From assembly GCA_018814025.1 (NCBI GenBank), contig JAHJAM010000025.1, positions 2,530 through 66,529 of the forward strand: a DNA stretch of 64,000 bases, given 5' to 3'. Shown here one piece after another: positions 55,708 to 64,000 of the stretch (positions are counted from its first letter, which is position 1; each line of letters starts with the position of its first letter). The DNA is from Patescibacteria group bacterium (GTDB lineage Bacteria; Patescibacteriota; Patescibacteriia; UBA9934; GWF2-40-263). A model generated the notes under the pieces. That model ran no database searches, was not told the DNA's origin, and saw nothing but the letters and a program-made list of their open reading frames with translations. The position numbers and the translations under genes are program-made.

Positions 55708-56919
55708 TTATTTGAGTTTGAGACTGCTAAGCTGGCCGGAAACCGCATCCGTGAAATACAAGGTGCGGCCGTCGCCGCTGACCGTGAGATTTTCCATGGC
55801 CAGGTTTTGCGTGGGGATGGCCAGCAAGCTGGTGCGGCCGGTGGCCAGATCAACCTGATAGAGATTGTCCGGCAGGTTGCGGTACAGGGTGCGCTGAAAG
55901 CCGGCGTTGGTAGGCAGGTTTTGGGGCACGGCGCAGTAGGCTTCGGAATTGGAAGTGAAAGTGCATTTATCCGCCCAAGTATTCAGGCCCAGGCTGCGGC
56001 GGTTTTCACCCATGGTGGCCGGGCTGGCATCAACAATCCAGAGCAAAGGCTTTTCGCCGCTGTAAGCGCCGGAAGCCGAATATAGGAGCTGGCGGCCGTC
56101 CGGGGACCAGTTGGGCAAGAAACCCAAGCCTTCAATGATTAATCCTTTGTAGTTTTCGTGATTTTGGCCGATGGGCAGGATCATTTTTCGATCCAAGCCG
56201 CCGCTTAACGGTTCGGCCGTGTCCGCGAAGGCGATTACTTTATTGCTGGGCGACCAGCTGACTTGAACTTTATCCGCATTTAAGCCCAAGGCTTGAACAG
56301 CTTTGACATTGGAGCCGTCCGCGTTGCTGGTCACTAGCCAGCGATTGTCCGGATCAACGGCCATGTTTTTGGCCACGATTTGGTCCGAGCTATCGGAAAA
56401 ATCAAAGTCCTGCCAATGCTTGGGCAGAGTGACTTGCTGCTGGGTGGCAAAGTCGTAAACGATATTGGAGCCGTCCGGAAATTCAATAATGGCTTTATTG
56501 GCGTCCCCGTTCCAGACTACATTTTCGGCTTGCGGGAATTGCTGTTCAGATAAGCTGATCACATTGCCTTGGTCGTCGATTTGGTAAAAGCGGCCGTCGT
56601 TAGCATCGTAATAGTTGACTTGATTGCCGCTGACGGCGGTGTTGCTGACCGCGGAAGAGGTGAGAGTGGTGGTTTGCGTTTCGCGTCCTTGGGCCACGGT
56701 ATCGGCCAAGCTAACGCCGGCTCCGGGCGCAACTGGGATGGGCGAGCCTTCGCCGGCCGTGGGCAGATCCGGGGTTTCAGTGGCCGGCGGGGCCACGATT
56801 TCTTCGGGCGGGGTTTCAATCACCCCGCGGAAAAAGGCGAAGTAAAGGCCGGCGCCAATCAGGAGGATGGAGCCGATGAAGGCCACGATCATTAAAATTT
56901 GTTTCGTTTGGTCATTCAT
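55708..56919 (-). CDS. membrane-anchored TolB-like beta-propeller (PD40 repeat) protein
   Basis: N-terminal TM. Pro/Thr-rich linker. Repeated 'WSPDG/WSPSN' PD40-like blades. Confidence 0.65.
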   Translation of the reverse strand: MNDQTKQILMIVAFIGSILLIGAGLYFAFFRGVIETPPEEIVAPPATETPDLPTAGEGSPIPVAPGAGVSLADTVAQGRETQTTTLTSSAVSNTAVSGNQVNYYDANDGRFYQIDDQGNVISLSEQQFPQAENVVWNGDANKAIIEFPDGSNIVYDFATQQQVTLPKHWQDFDFSDSSDQIVAKNMAVDPDNRWLVTSNADGSNVKAVQALGLNADKVQVSWSPSNKVIAFADTAEPLSGGLDRKMILPIGQNHENYKGLIIEGLGFLPNWSPDGRQLLYSASGAYSGEKPLLWIVDASPATMGENRRSLGLNTWADKCTFTSNSEAYCAVPQNLPTNAGFQRTLYRNLPDNLYQVDLATGRTSLLAIPTQNLAMENLTVSGDGRTLYFTDAVSGQLSSLKLK

Positions 56920-56928
56920 AAAATGAAG

Positions 56929-58236
56929 CTAAAAAATAAAGTTGCCAAGATTTTCGAGTAAAAATTGTATGGCTTCGATTGAGCCTTCGGCAGCCATGGC
57001 AATAAAGCCGATAATGATTAAAATCATGGCACCGATGATTAAGACAATTAGCAGAACGATCAGGTCAGCCAGAACAATGGAGGCTCGAGCCAGGGAGTCA
57101 GGCAAGATGGGAATTTTCCAGGCTTGGAAAGAAGGCGGAGACAAGAAGCGACTTTTGCCTTTTTTGACCATTGATCCCCAAATAAGTTGGAGATTGAACC
57201 AAGCCAGACCGAGAATCGTCCCAAAGGAAAAGTCGACCATTAGGGGCAGGAGCGATCGGTCGATTTGATGATTAACCTGGTCGCGCTTGGCGTGTCCGCC
57301 TTTTCGCGCGGCTGATTTTTGAGCTTGTTGTTTTTTATCTTGTTTCGCTTCTTGTTTGGATTGTCGAGTCGCTTGTCTTTGGCTATTGAGTTGGCCTTTG
57401 GCATCTCGCTTGCTCGCGCTTGAAGCCAGCGGATCAGAGGATTGAGGAACAGTTCGCGCGGCTTGTTTATTGGCATTCAACTGTCCGGCCGGATCAGAGG
57501 CTTGAGCCGGCAGATTCAAACTGGGGGTGGGACGAATCGGAGCCGCTTGCGGGGCTTGAGCCAAAGCCTTGCGCTCGCCCAGAGCGGAACCGATTTGACT
57601 CGGTGTTTGACTGCGGTCCTTTGAGCCTTTGCCAGTTGTTTCCATTCCAATATCCGAACTTTTGGTTGGGGCGCGATTATTTCGACGACTGTTTAAATTC
57701 GATGACGAGTTTGGGATCTGATCTTCTTCTTCTTCGTTTTCCCGAGCTTTCAGTTGATTGGCAGTGTCGATTTTAGAACCGGTATCTTTAACGGATTGGC
57801 CGGTTTTTGAAACTGTCTTGCCGGCTTGACGGGCTGCTTGACCGCCAGCTTCCATGCCTTTGCCAGCGGCTTGAGCACCAAGACCAGCACCTTTGGTTAG
57901 GCCGCCGAGACCCATTAATGGAACACCGGCAATAGCACCAATACCAGTGGATGAAAGTGCGGCTCCGGCCGAGGCCATGCCTGCACCGGCTGCGCCCATG
58001 CCTTTTCCAGCCATTTGGGCGCCGCGGCCGCCGGCTTGAACAGCTCCACCGGCGACTTGCATGCCAGTTCCAGCCACTTGCATCCCTGTTCCAGCCGCTT
58101 TCATTCCGGTGGCGGCAGTTTGAGCGGTTCTTTGGGTAACTTGGGGATGGTGATTTTGTTGAGCCAAAAATTGCTGCTGCCTTAAACGGGCTGCCATTTC
58201 GCTTTGTTGGGCATATTGTGTGGCAGCTTCAGCCAT
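56929..58236 (-). CDS. hypothetical low-complexity membrane protein (Ala/Gly/Gln/Met-rich repeats, C-terminal TM)
   Basis: 'AAGTGMQVAGTGMQVAGGAVQAGGRGAQMAGKGMGAAGAGM' repeats. C-terminal hydrophobic helices. Confidence 0.5.
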   Translation of the reverse strand: MAEAATQYAQQSEMAARLRQQQFLAQQNHHPQVTQRTAQTAATGMKAAGTGMQVAGTGMQVAGGAVQAGGRGAQMAGKGMGAAGAGMASAGAALSSTGIGAIAGVPLMGLGGLTKGAGLGAQAAGKGMEAGGQAARQAGKTVSKTGQSVKDTGSKIDTANQLKARENEEEEDQIPNSSSNLNSRRNNRAPTKSSDIGMETTGKGSKDRSQTPSQIGSALGERKALAQAPQAAPIRPTPSLNLPAQASDPAGQLNANKQAARTVPQSSDPLASSASKRDAKGQLNSQRQATRQSKQEAKQDKKQQAQKSAARKGGHAKRDQVNHQIDRSLLPLMVDFSFGTILGLAWFNLQLIWGSMVKKGKSRFLSPPSFQAWKIPILPDSLARASIVLADLIVLLIVLIIGAMILIIIGFIAMAAEGSIEAIQFLLENLGNFIF

Positions 58237-58262
58237 ATAAAGATGAAGTTATTTTACCACAT

Positions 58263-58289
58263 AAAAACCGCTCTTTCGAGCGGTTTTTT
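58263..58289. terminator. palindromic terminator hairpin downstream of htpX
   Basis: AAAAACCGCTC-TTTCG-AGCGGTTTTTT. Confidence 0.75.
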
Positions 58290-59184
58290 ATACACCGATT
58301 TGGCGGAGTTTTTTGATGCGCTCCATGATGGGCGGGTGCGTGGAAAACAGGTGTTCAAATTTTTTGGTCACGTAGGGATCAAAGGGGTTGGCGATGAACA
58401 AATGGGCCGTGGCGTGGTTGGCATTTTTCAGGGGGCGATCGTGCTGGGCGATTTTTTCCAAGGCTCGGGCCAGGCCTTCGGGGTAGCGGGTCAGCAAGGC
58501 GCCGGAAGCATCGGCCAAGTATTCGCGCGAGCGGGAAACCGCCAGTTTAATCAGCTCGGCGATGAACGGGGAAAGCACGGCCAGAATCAAGCCAGCCAAG
58601 AATAAGAACATGGCCAATTGGCCGGCTTCATCATTGGAACGGCGGCCGCGGCTAAATAGAAAAGTGCGCATCAGCCAATCCGAAAGCAAGAGAATCACGC
58701 CGACTAAAACAATGACGATCGTCATGACGCGGATATCGTAGTTTTTGATGTGGGCCAGTTCATGGGCAATCACGCCTTCGAGTTCGAGTTTATCCATGAT
58801 TTGGATCAAGCCTGTGGTCAGAGCCAGGGAAGCGTGGGCCGGATCGCGGCCCGTGGCAAAAGCATTGGGCGAAGGGTCGTTGATGACATAAACTTTGGGC
58901 ATGGGCAGGCCGGCGGCGATGGTCAGGTTTTCCACGATCAGATAAACCTGAGGCAAGTCGCGCTTTTGGATTTGCTTGGCGCCGGTGGAGATTAAGGCCA
59001 CGGAATCGCCTTTAAAATAACCAAACAAAGTCATGACCGTGGCAATGATGGCGGCCGCGATCAAGCCGGCTTCGGCCGAGCCCGTGTACTGGCCGAAGAT
59101 CCAGCCTAACAAAAGGATGACCACCGCGAAGATGGCCATCAGAAAAATTGTTTTTCGTTTGTTGCGGGCGATTTCGGAGTACAT
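58288..59184 (-). CDS. htpX: HtpX-like zinc metalloprotease (peptidase M48)
   Basis: HExxH 'HELAHIKNYD'. Four TM helices. Confidence 0.88.
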   Translation of the reverse strand: MYSEIARNKRKTIFLMAIFAVVILLLGWIFGQYTGSAEAGLIAAAIIATVMTLFGYFKGDSVALISTGAKQIQKRDLPQVYLIVENLTIAAGLPMPKVYVINDPSPNAFATGRDPAHASLALTTGLIQIMDKLELEGVIAHELAHIKNYDIRVMTIVIVLVGVILLLSDWLMRTFLFSRGRRSNDEAGQLAMFLFLAGLILAVLSPFIAELIKLAVSRSREYLADASGALLTRYPEGLARALEKIAQHDRPLKNANHATAHLFIANPFDPYVTKKFEHLFSTHPPIMERIKKLRQIGV

Positions 59185-59195
59185 AGAGAGGGAGA

Positions 59196-59250
59196 AAGTA
59201 GAAAGTAGAGAGTAGAAAGTGAACGAAACACCTTCTACTTTCTACTTTTA
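59196..59250 (-). terminator. long hairpin (GTAGAAAGTAGA repeats) downstream of lemA
   Basis: gtagaaagtagagagtagaaagtgaacgaaacaccttctactttctac forms a ~16-bp stem followed by a pyrimidine run on the minus strand. Confidence 0.55.
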
Positions 59251-59802
59251 AAATTTGACCTGCGGGGGCTCATTCACGATATCCGGAGCGTCGAAGAAAG
59301 CATATTTCTTAAAGCCCAGCAGATTGCCGATGAGGTTGGTGGGGAAGACTTGCAGCTTGGTGTTGAAGTCGCGGACATTGCCGTTGTAGAAGCGGCGGGA
59401 AGCTTGAATTTTATCTTCCGCGTCAGCCAATTCTTGTTGAAGATGAAGGAAGTTTCCCGCGGCTTGCAGGGCCGGGTATGATTCGGCCACGGCAAACAAG
59501 GATTTCAAGGTTTGGGAAAGCGCGTTTTCCGCTTGGGCATGAGCCTCCGGGGTGGTGGCTTGCATGGCTTGCGAACGAGCTTGAGTGACTTTGGTGAACA
59601 CGCCTTCTTCGTGCTGGGCATAGGCTTTGACCGTCTCCACAATGTTGGGAATGAGGTCATAGCGGCGTTTTAATTGGACTTCGATGACGGACCAGGCTTC
59701 ATCGGTGCGGTTGCGTGAGAGGATTAAGCCGTTGTATGTTAGAATTAACCAGCCGGCGACAACAACAATGACGCCAAGGACGATCCAGAGAGCTATCATC
59801 AT
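59248..59802 (-). CDS. lemA: LemA-family membrane protein
   Basis: N-terminal TM. 'NGLILSRNRTDEAWSVIEVQLKRRYDLIPNIVETVKAYAQHE' is the LemA signature. Confidence 0.88.
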   Translation of the reverse strand: MMIALWIVLGVIVVVAGWLILTYNGLILSRNRTDEAWSVIEVQLKRRYDLIPNIVETVKAYAQHEEGVFTKVTQARSQAMQATTPEAHAQAENALSQTLKSLFAVAESYPALQAAGNFLHLQQELADAEDKIQASRRFYNGNVRDFNTKLQVFPTNLIGNLLGFKKYAFFDAPDIVNEPPQVKF

Positions 59803-59871
59803 AAAAAATTAGTATTAGGGTTTAAGATTAGTTAAACTTTACGTAAATTCAGCATAAAAGTCAATAAATAT

Positions 59872-61215
59872 ATGGAATTCCCCGAAGAAATATTTCGTTC
59901 CTATGATATCCGCGGCACCGTGGATCAATTAAGTCCGGAATTAGCGTATCGAGTCGGGCAGGCGATGGTGAAAATGACCGGGGCGAAGAAAGTGGTGGTG
60001 GGCTATGACATGCGAGCCACCAGTCCGGAGTTGGCGCAAAAGGCGATTGAGGGGATTACCTCAATGGGCGCGAACGTGGTCAACATCGGCCAAGCCACTA
60101 CGCCGCTGTTGAACTTTGCTTTATCTTATTATCCGGATCATGAGGCCGGGCTGATGGTCACGGCCTCGCATAACCCGGCCGAATATAACGGTTTTAAAAT
60201 GATGCGCGGGGATGCCATGCCGATTAGCGGGAAGGAGGTTCAAAAGTTAATAAAAGAAGAGGAGGTAGGGGAAGAGGTAGGTAGGGTGAAAGGGGAAGTG
60301 ACTACTAAAGAAGTAGTTGATGAGTATTTGGATTACGTGGTGAAGAAAGCCGCGGCGCCGGATTTGAAAGGAATGAAAGTGGTGATTGATGCGGGCAACG
60401 GCATGAGCGAGGTGGTGCTGCCGAAATTGTTTGCGCGCTTGGCCTGCGAAATGATCCCCATGTATTTTGAACCGGACGGCACTTTTCCCAATCATGAAGC
60501 CAATCCGATCAAGCTTGAAACTTTGACGGATTTGAAAAAGAAAGTGCTGGCGGAAAAGGCGGATTTGGGCATTGCTCTGGACGGGGACGGGGATCGAGTG
60601 ATTTTTGTGGATGAAAAAGGCGACCATATCAATGGCGACGTGATGCTGGCGATTTTGGCTGATTCACGTTTGAAGGGAAATCCGGAAAGGCCGGTGGTGT
60701 GGAGCGCGAACGCCAGCTGGGCGGTGCGGGACGCGATTGAGGCGAACCGGGGCTTGAGCATTATGGAAAAAGTCGGGCGCACCAATATTATCAAGCGCGT
60801 GAAAAAAGAAGCGGCCGTGATTGGCGGGGAAGTATCAGCCCATTATTTTTATCCGGAGTTTTCCGGCTTGGAATCAACGGATTTTACGATTCTGCTGGTC
60901 TTAAAGCTGTTGAAGAAGTCCGGGGGGCCAATGTCTGAACTGGTCAAGCCGTTTGCCAAGTATGTGATTTCCGGGGAAATTAATTTTGCAGTGAAGGATA
61001 AGGAAGCGGCGATTGAATCATTAGGGAAAAAGTATAAGGGCCAAGCCCTTGAGATTAGCACTTTGGATGGGATTCGAGCGGAATTTAAGGACTGGTGGTT
61101 CAATATTCGACCGTCCAATACCGAGCCTTTGATTCGTTTGAATTTAGAAGCCAAGAGCCAAGAATTGATGGCCACGAAACGAGACGAGATCGCGGCTTTC
61201 ATCAAGAGCCTTTAA
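59872..61215 (+). CDS. phosphoglucomutase/phosphomannomutase (alpha-D-phosphohexomutase)
   Basis: Active-site 'VTASHNPAEYNGFK'. Mg-binding 'DGDGDR'. Sugar-binding 'GGEVSAHYFY'. Confidence 0.88.
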   Translation: MEFPEEIFRSYDIRGTVDQLSPELAYRVGQAMVKMTGAKKVVVGYDMRATSPELAQKAIEGITSMGANVVNIGQATTPLLNFALSYYPDHEAGLMVTASHNPAEYNGFKMMRGDAMPISGKEVQKLIKEEEVGEEVGRVKGEVTTKEVVDEYLDYVVKKAAAPDLKGMKVVIDAGNGMSEVVLPKLFARLACEMIPMYFEPDGTFPNHEANPIKLETLTDLKKKVLAEKADLGIALDGDGDRVIFVDEKGDHINGDVMLAILADSRLKGNPERPVVWSANASWAVRDAIEANRGLSIMEKVGRTNIIKRVKKEAAVIGGEVSAHYFYPEFSGLESTDFTILLVLKLLKKSGGPMSELVKPFAKYVISGEINFAVKDKEAAIESLGKKYKGQALEISTLDGIRAEFKDWWFNIRPSNTEPLIRLNLEAKSQELMATKRDEIAAFIKSL

Positions 61216-61253
61216 GATTTGCGGAAGGGGAGGAAAACTAGTAAAATTGGTTC

Positions 61254-62378
61254 ATGTTTTTAACCATCATCACTTTCATCTTAGTTCTCGGCCTGCTTGT
61301 GTTTGCACATGAGTTGGGTCATTTTATTTCCGCCAAAAAAATGGGCATGAAGGTGGATGAGTTCGGCTTTGGCTATCCGCCGCGCATCTGGGGCTGGCGG
61401 CATCCCAAGAGCGGTACGATATATTCGATTAACTGGATTCCGGTGGGCGGGTTCGTGCGCATCAAGGGCGAAAGCGGCGAGTTTAAGCATGATCGGGACA
61501 GTTTTTCCGCCAAGGCGGCTTGGCGGCGGTTTATTGTTTTGGTGGCGGGCGTGGTGATGAATATCGTGTTGGCGGCCGGGCTGCTGTCCATCGGTTTTAT
61601 GATCGGCTTGCCCAGTGCCATTGATGAAAACACGCCTCCCAGCGCGATTGTCAAAGAAGAGCAACTGATCATTATGCGAGTCATGGACGGCTCGCCCGCG
61701 GCCGAGGCCAAAGTCACGGCCGGGGACGCTTTAGTTTCCATTGACGGGAAAATTTTTGAGACATCGGAGGCGGCGCGCGAGTATATCGGCGAGCGCGCGG
61801 CAGCGGGCATTGATTTAACTTTGCAAAAAGAAAGCGGCGATTATTATGATGCCCGAATCATGTCGCGATTTATTCCGGAGGCGGACATGGTGGGTATTGG
61901 CGTGGGTATTGTCAAAACCGGCATTGTTTCTTATCCGCCGCACATCGCGGTGGGGCAAGGCATTTCCGCCACTTGGCTGTTGACCGGCGAAATCACCAAA
62001 GCCTTTGGCGGGATCATCCACGGTTTGTTAACTACGGGCCAGGCGGGCGTGGATATTTCCGGACCGGTCGGGATCGCGGTCATGTCCGGTGAGTTTGCCC
62101 AAATGGGGTTTGTTTATTTGTTGCAGTTTATGGCCATCCTTTCCATTAATCTGGCGATTATTAATATTTTACCCTTGCCGGCTTTGGATGGCGGACGCAT
62201 TCTGTTCTTGATTATTGAGAAAATTCGCCGCCGGCCAGTCAGCGAGAAGGTCGAGGGCGTGATTCACACCATCGGTTTTGCCCTGCTCATGCTGATCGTG
62301 GTGGTGGTGACTTACCAAGATTTTGCGCGCTACGGCGGACGCATGTGGGAGGGGATTAAGGGATTGTTTGGAGCATAG
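61254..62378 (+). CDS. rseP: RIP metalloprotease RseP (site-2 protease, M50) with PDZ domain
   Basis: HExxH in TM1 'FAHELGHFISAKK'. PDZ. 'LDGGR' motif 'ALDGGRILF'. Confidence 0.88.
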   Translation: MFLTIITFILVLGLLVFAHELGHFISAKKMGMKVDEFGFGYPPRIWGWRHPKSGTIYSINWIPVGGFVRIKGESGEFKHDRDSFSAKAAWRRFIVLVAGVVMNIVLAAGLLSIGFMIGLPSAIDENTPPSAIVKEEQLIIMRVMDGSPAAEAKVTAGDALVSIDGKIFETSEAAREYIGERAAAGIDLTLQKESGDYYDARIMSRFIPEADMVGIGVGIVKTGIVSYPPHIAVGQGISATWLLTGEITKAFGGIIHGLLTTGQAGVDISGPVGIAVMSGEFAQMGFVYLLQFMAILSINLAIINILPLPALDGGRILFLIIEKIRRRPVSEKVEGVIHTIGFALLMLIVVVVTYQDFARYGGRMWEGIKGLFGA

Positions 62379-62506
62379 TTTCCTCGTCGTCATTGCGAGG
62401 AATGAGTTATTCATCGAATGACGAAGCAATCTCAAATGACTCGAGATTGCCGCGCGTCGACAAAATACTCCGCTCGCAATGACGAATTGATGAATATAAG
62501 AAAATT
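62379..62506 (+). promoter_or_regulatory. pheS leader with nested long-range inverted repeats
   Basis: CGTCATTGCGAG (62388-62399) pairs with CTCGCAATGACG (62483-62494). Inner palindromes GCAATC/GATTGC, TCGAATGACGA. Confidence 0.35.
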
Positions 62507-63580
62507 ATGAAAGAAGAATTTGAACAACTTAAAGATCTAGCCCAAGAGGCTTTGAAATCAGTACTCGATCGCGACAAACTCGAGGTTTTAAAGATCGAGT
62601 TCTTAGGGCGCAAAGGCAAGATGGCCGAGCTCATGAAGCAAATCGTGAACGTGGCGGATGAGGAGCGAAAATTGATCGGGGCTTTGGCTAATGAGGTTAA
62701 GACCGGTTTGGAATCAGCGTTTTCCGCCAAAGAACAAGAATTGGCCGGGGCTGAAGAAGCGGGCCGAGCCGAGAAAGAATGGCTTGATATCAGCGAACCG
62801 GGCGCTTGGTCCAAAGAAGGCCATTTGCATCCGGTGACCACGGCCATTGGCGAGATTTCCGATATCTTTGCTCGTTTGGGTTTTGCGTGCGTGCGCGCGC
62901 CCGAAGTGGAATGGGATTATTATGCTTTTGAATCTTTAAACATGCCGCCGGACCATCCGGCGCGGGACGACTGGGAGACTTTTTTTATCGCGGACGGCGC
63001 CCAAACCGCGCAGGGCAAAGGCGAGAAGCAGGGCAAAATGGTTTTGACCCCGCACACTTCCAATTCGCAAAATCGGGAAATGGCCAAAGGCAAGCTGCCG
63101 ATTCGGATGATCAACATTAATCGAACTTATCGCCGGCAGTCGGATGTTTCGCACACGCCCATGTTCCACCAGTTCGAGGGTTTGATGATTGATCAGGGCG
63201 TGACCATCGCGCATTTGAAAGGCGTGCTGGATTATTTTGCGCGCACTTATTTTGGAGCAGAACGCAAAACGCGTTTGCGGCCGCATCATTTCCGTTTTAC
63301 CGAACCCAGTTTTGAAATTGATATTAGCTGTGGTGTTTGCCAAGGCCACGCGAGCTCGGACTCAACTTGCCGTTTGTGCAAAGCCGGTTGGCTGGAGTTG
63401 GGCGGAGCCGGCATGGTGCATCCTAACGTGATTCGCGCCGGCGGCTTGGATCCGGAGAAATACACGGGCTTTGCTTTTGGCTGGGGTATCGAGCGCACGC
63501 TCATGATGCGCGAGGGCATGCAAGTGGATGATATCAGGACGCTGTATCGGAATGATTTAAGATTTGTAAAACAATTTTGA
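62507..63580 (+). CDS. pheS: phenylalanyl-tRNA synthetase alpha subunit (with CxxC...CxxC zinc-ribbon insertion)
   Basis: Class II motifs 'FHQFEGLMID', 'GFAFGWGIERTLM'. 'CGVCQGHASSDSTCRLC'. Confidence 0.92.
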   Translation: MKEEFEQLKDLAQEALKSVLDRDKLEVLKIEFLGRKGKMAELMKQIVNVADEERKLIGALANEVKTGLESAFSAKEQELAGAEEAGRAEKEWLDISEPGAWSKEGHLHPVTTAIGEISDIFARLGFACVRAPEVEWDYYAFESLNMPPDHPARDDWETFFIADGAQTAQGKGEKQGKMVLTPHTSNSQNREMAKGKLPIRMININRTYRRQSDVSHTPMFHQFEGLMIDQGVTIAHLKGVLDYFARTYFGAERKTRLRPHHFRFTEPSFEIDISCGVCQGHASSDSTCRLCKAGWLELGGAGMVHPNVIRAGGLDPEKYTGFAFGWGIERTLMMREGMQVDDIRTLYRNDLRFVKQF

Positions 63581-63588
63581 TAAGAGAC

Positions 63589-63733
63589 CTCCCCCCGGCC
63601 CCCTCCTTCGTAAGGAGGGGGAGAAACGCGAGGGAATAACCTCCCCCCGGCCCCCTCCTTCGTAAGGAGGGGGAGTCCGAGAGGATGCAGTACGTCCTCC
63701 TCCCCCTTACGAAGGGGGAGGTCGGGAGGGGGT
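63589..63733. repeat. three copies (two direct, one inverted) of a ~36-nt SD/anti-SD-like hairpin element in the pheS-pheT spacer
   Basis: CCTCCCCCCGGCCCCCTCCTTCGTAAGGAGGGGGAG at 63589-63624 and 63649-63684. Inverted copy CTCCTCCCCCTTACGAAGGGGGAGGTCGGGAGGGGGTC at 63695-63733. Confidence 0.85.
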
Positions 63734-63746
63734 CTTGAAAAGTATT

Positions 63747-64000
63747 ATGAATATCCTAGTAAGCTACAACTGGCTCAAAGAATACTTACAGACGAATTTA
63801 TCGGCTGAGGATTTTGCAGCCAAGACCACGAACGCGGGCAACAGTGTTGAGTATATTGAAAACATGGCGCATCGCTTCGACAACATGGTGGTGGGGGAGA
63901 TTACCAACATCAAAGATCACCCGAATGCGGATCGCCTGAAAATTGCGGAAGTGAAAATTGGGACCATGAAAAAAGTGGAGATTGTATGCGGGGGCGTGAA
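63747..64000 (+). CDS. pheT: phenylalanyl-tRNA synthetase beta subunit (5' partial)
   Basis: 'MNILVSYNWLKEYLQTNLSAEDFAAKTTNAGNSVEYIE...' is the typical PheT N-terminus (tRNA-binding domain). Runs off the window end. Confidence 0.85.
   Translation, partial: MNILVSYNWLKEYLQTNLSAEDFAAKTTNAGNSVEYIENMAHRFDNMVVGEITNIKDHPNADRLKIAEVKIGTMKKVEIVCGGV

Noticed and set aside
62379-62506. T-box or leader-peptide attenuator for pheST
   Set aside because: Spacer too short for a T-box and lacks the conserved T-box sequence. The only small ORF in it encodes no phenylalanine.
63589-63733. Possible CRISPR array
   Set aside because: Only three repeat units, with irregular spacing (24 and 10 nt) and one unit inverted. 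No cas genes in the window.

Overview
The window is a 64 kb contig with tightly packed genes, mostly coding. Its content looks like a small-genome Patescibacteria/CPR-like bacterium using the standard code: UGA is a stop, and prfB carries the classic +1 frameshift site CTT-TGA-C.

Housekeeping core: tyrS, argS, nusA, yidC, groES/groEL (with a CIRCE operator), prfB, a GalE-like epimerase, tsaC, rsmA, serS, recG, radA, htpX, lemA, a phosphohexomutase, rseP, pheS and the start of pheT. There are six tRNAs: Val-TAC, Leu-GAG, Ser-GCT, Ser-TGA, Arg-GCG, plus many clear rho-independent terminators.

Accessory content and anomalies:
1. A giant secreted 3158-aa cysteine-rich protein with two CBM4/9-like jelly-roll domains is co-transcribed with a membrane-anchored calcium-binding repeat protein (DxDxDG motifs, TSP3-like). 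The locus is bracketed by inverted copies of a 21-nt palindromic REP-like repeat.
2. A REP-associated tyrosine transposase (RAYT, IS200-like HuH/Y1) is flanked by inverted copies of a second palindromic repeat family. That family also occurs between recG and radA.
3. A Gram-positive-style type IV secretion-like gene set lies next to comFC. It includes a VirB6/TcpH-like polytopic protein, a VirB3/PrgI-like protein, and a VirB4 ATPase split into two same-frame ORFs. I hypothesise a ComB-like DNA-uptake or host-interaction apparatus.
4. Two paralogous cell-wall hydrolases (M15 and M23) share a Cys-rich two-TM N-terminal module. One is interrupted by a single in-frame TAA. A DsbA-like oxidoreductase and a TolB-like propeller lie next to them.
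5. Two near-identical tRNA-Ser genes are each followed by a 95-nt AGCT-hairpin repeat.
6. Two tandem small paralogous genes each have a consensus sigma70 promoter.
7. A ~380-bp GC-rich noncoding element is bounded by inverted repeats and followed by an RBS-sequestering hairpin.
8. Three copies of an SD-like hairpin element lie between pheS and pheT.

No rRNA and no CRISPR array are present.
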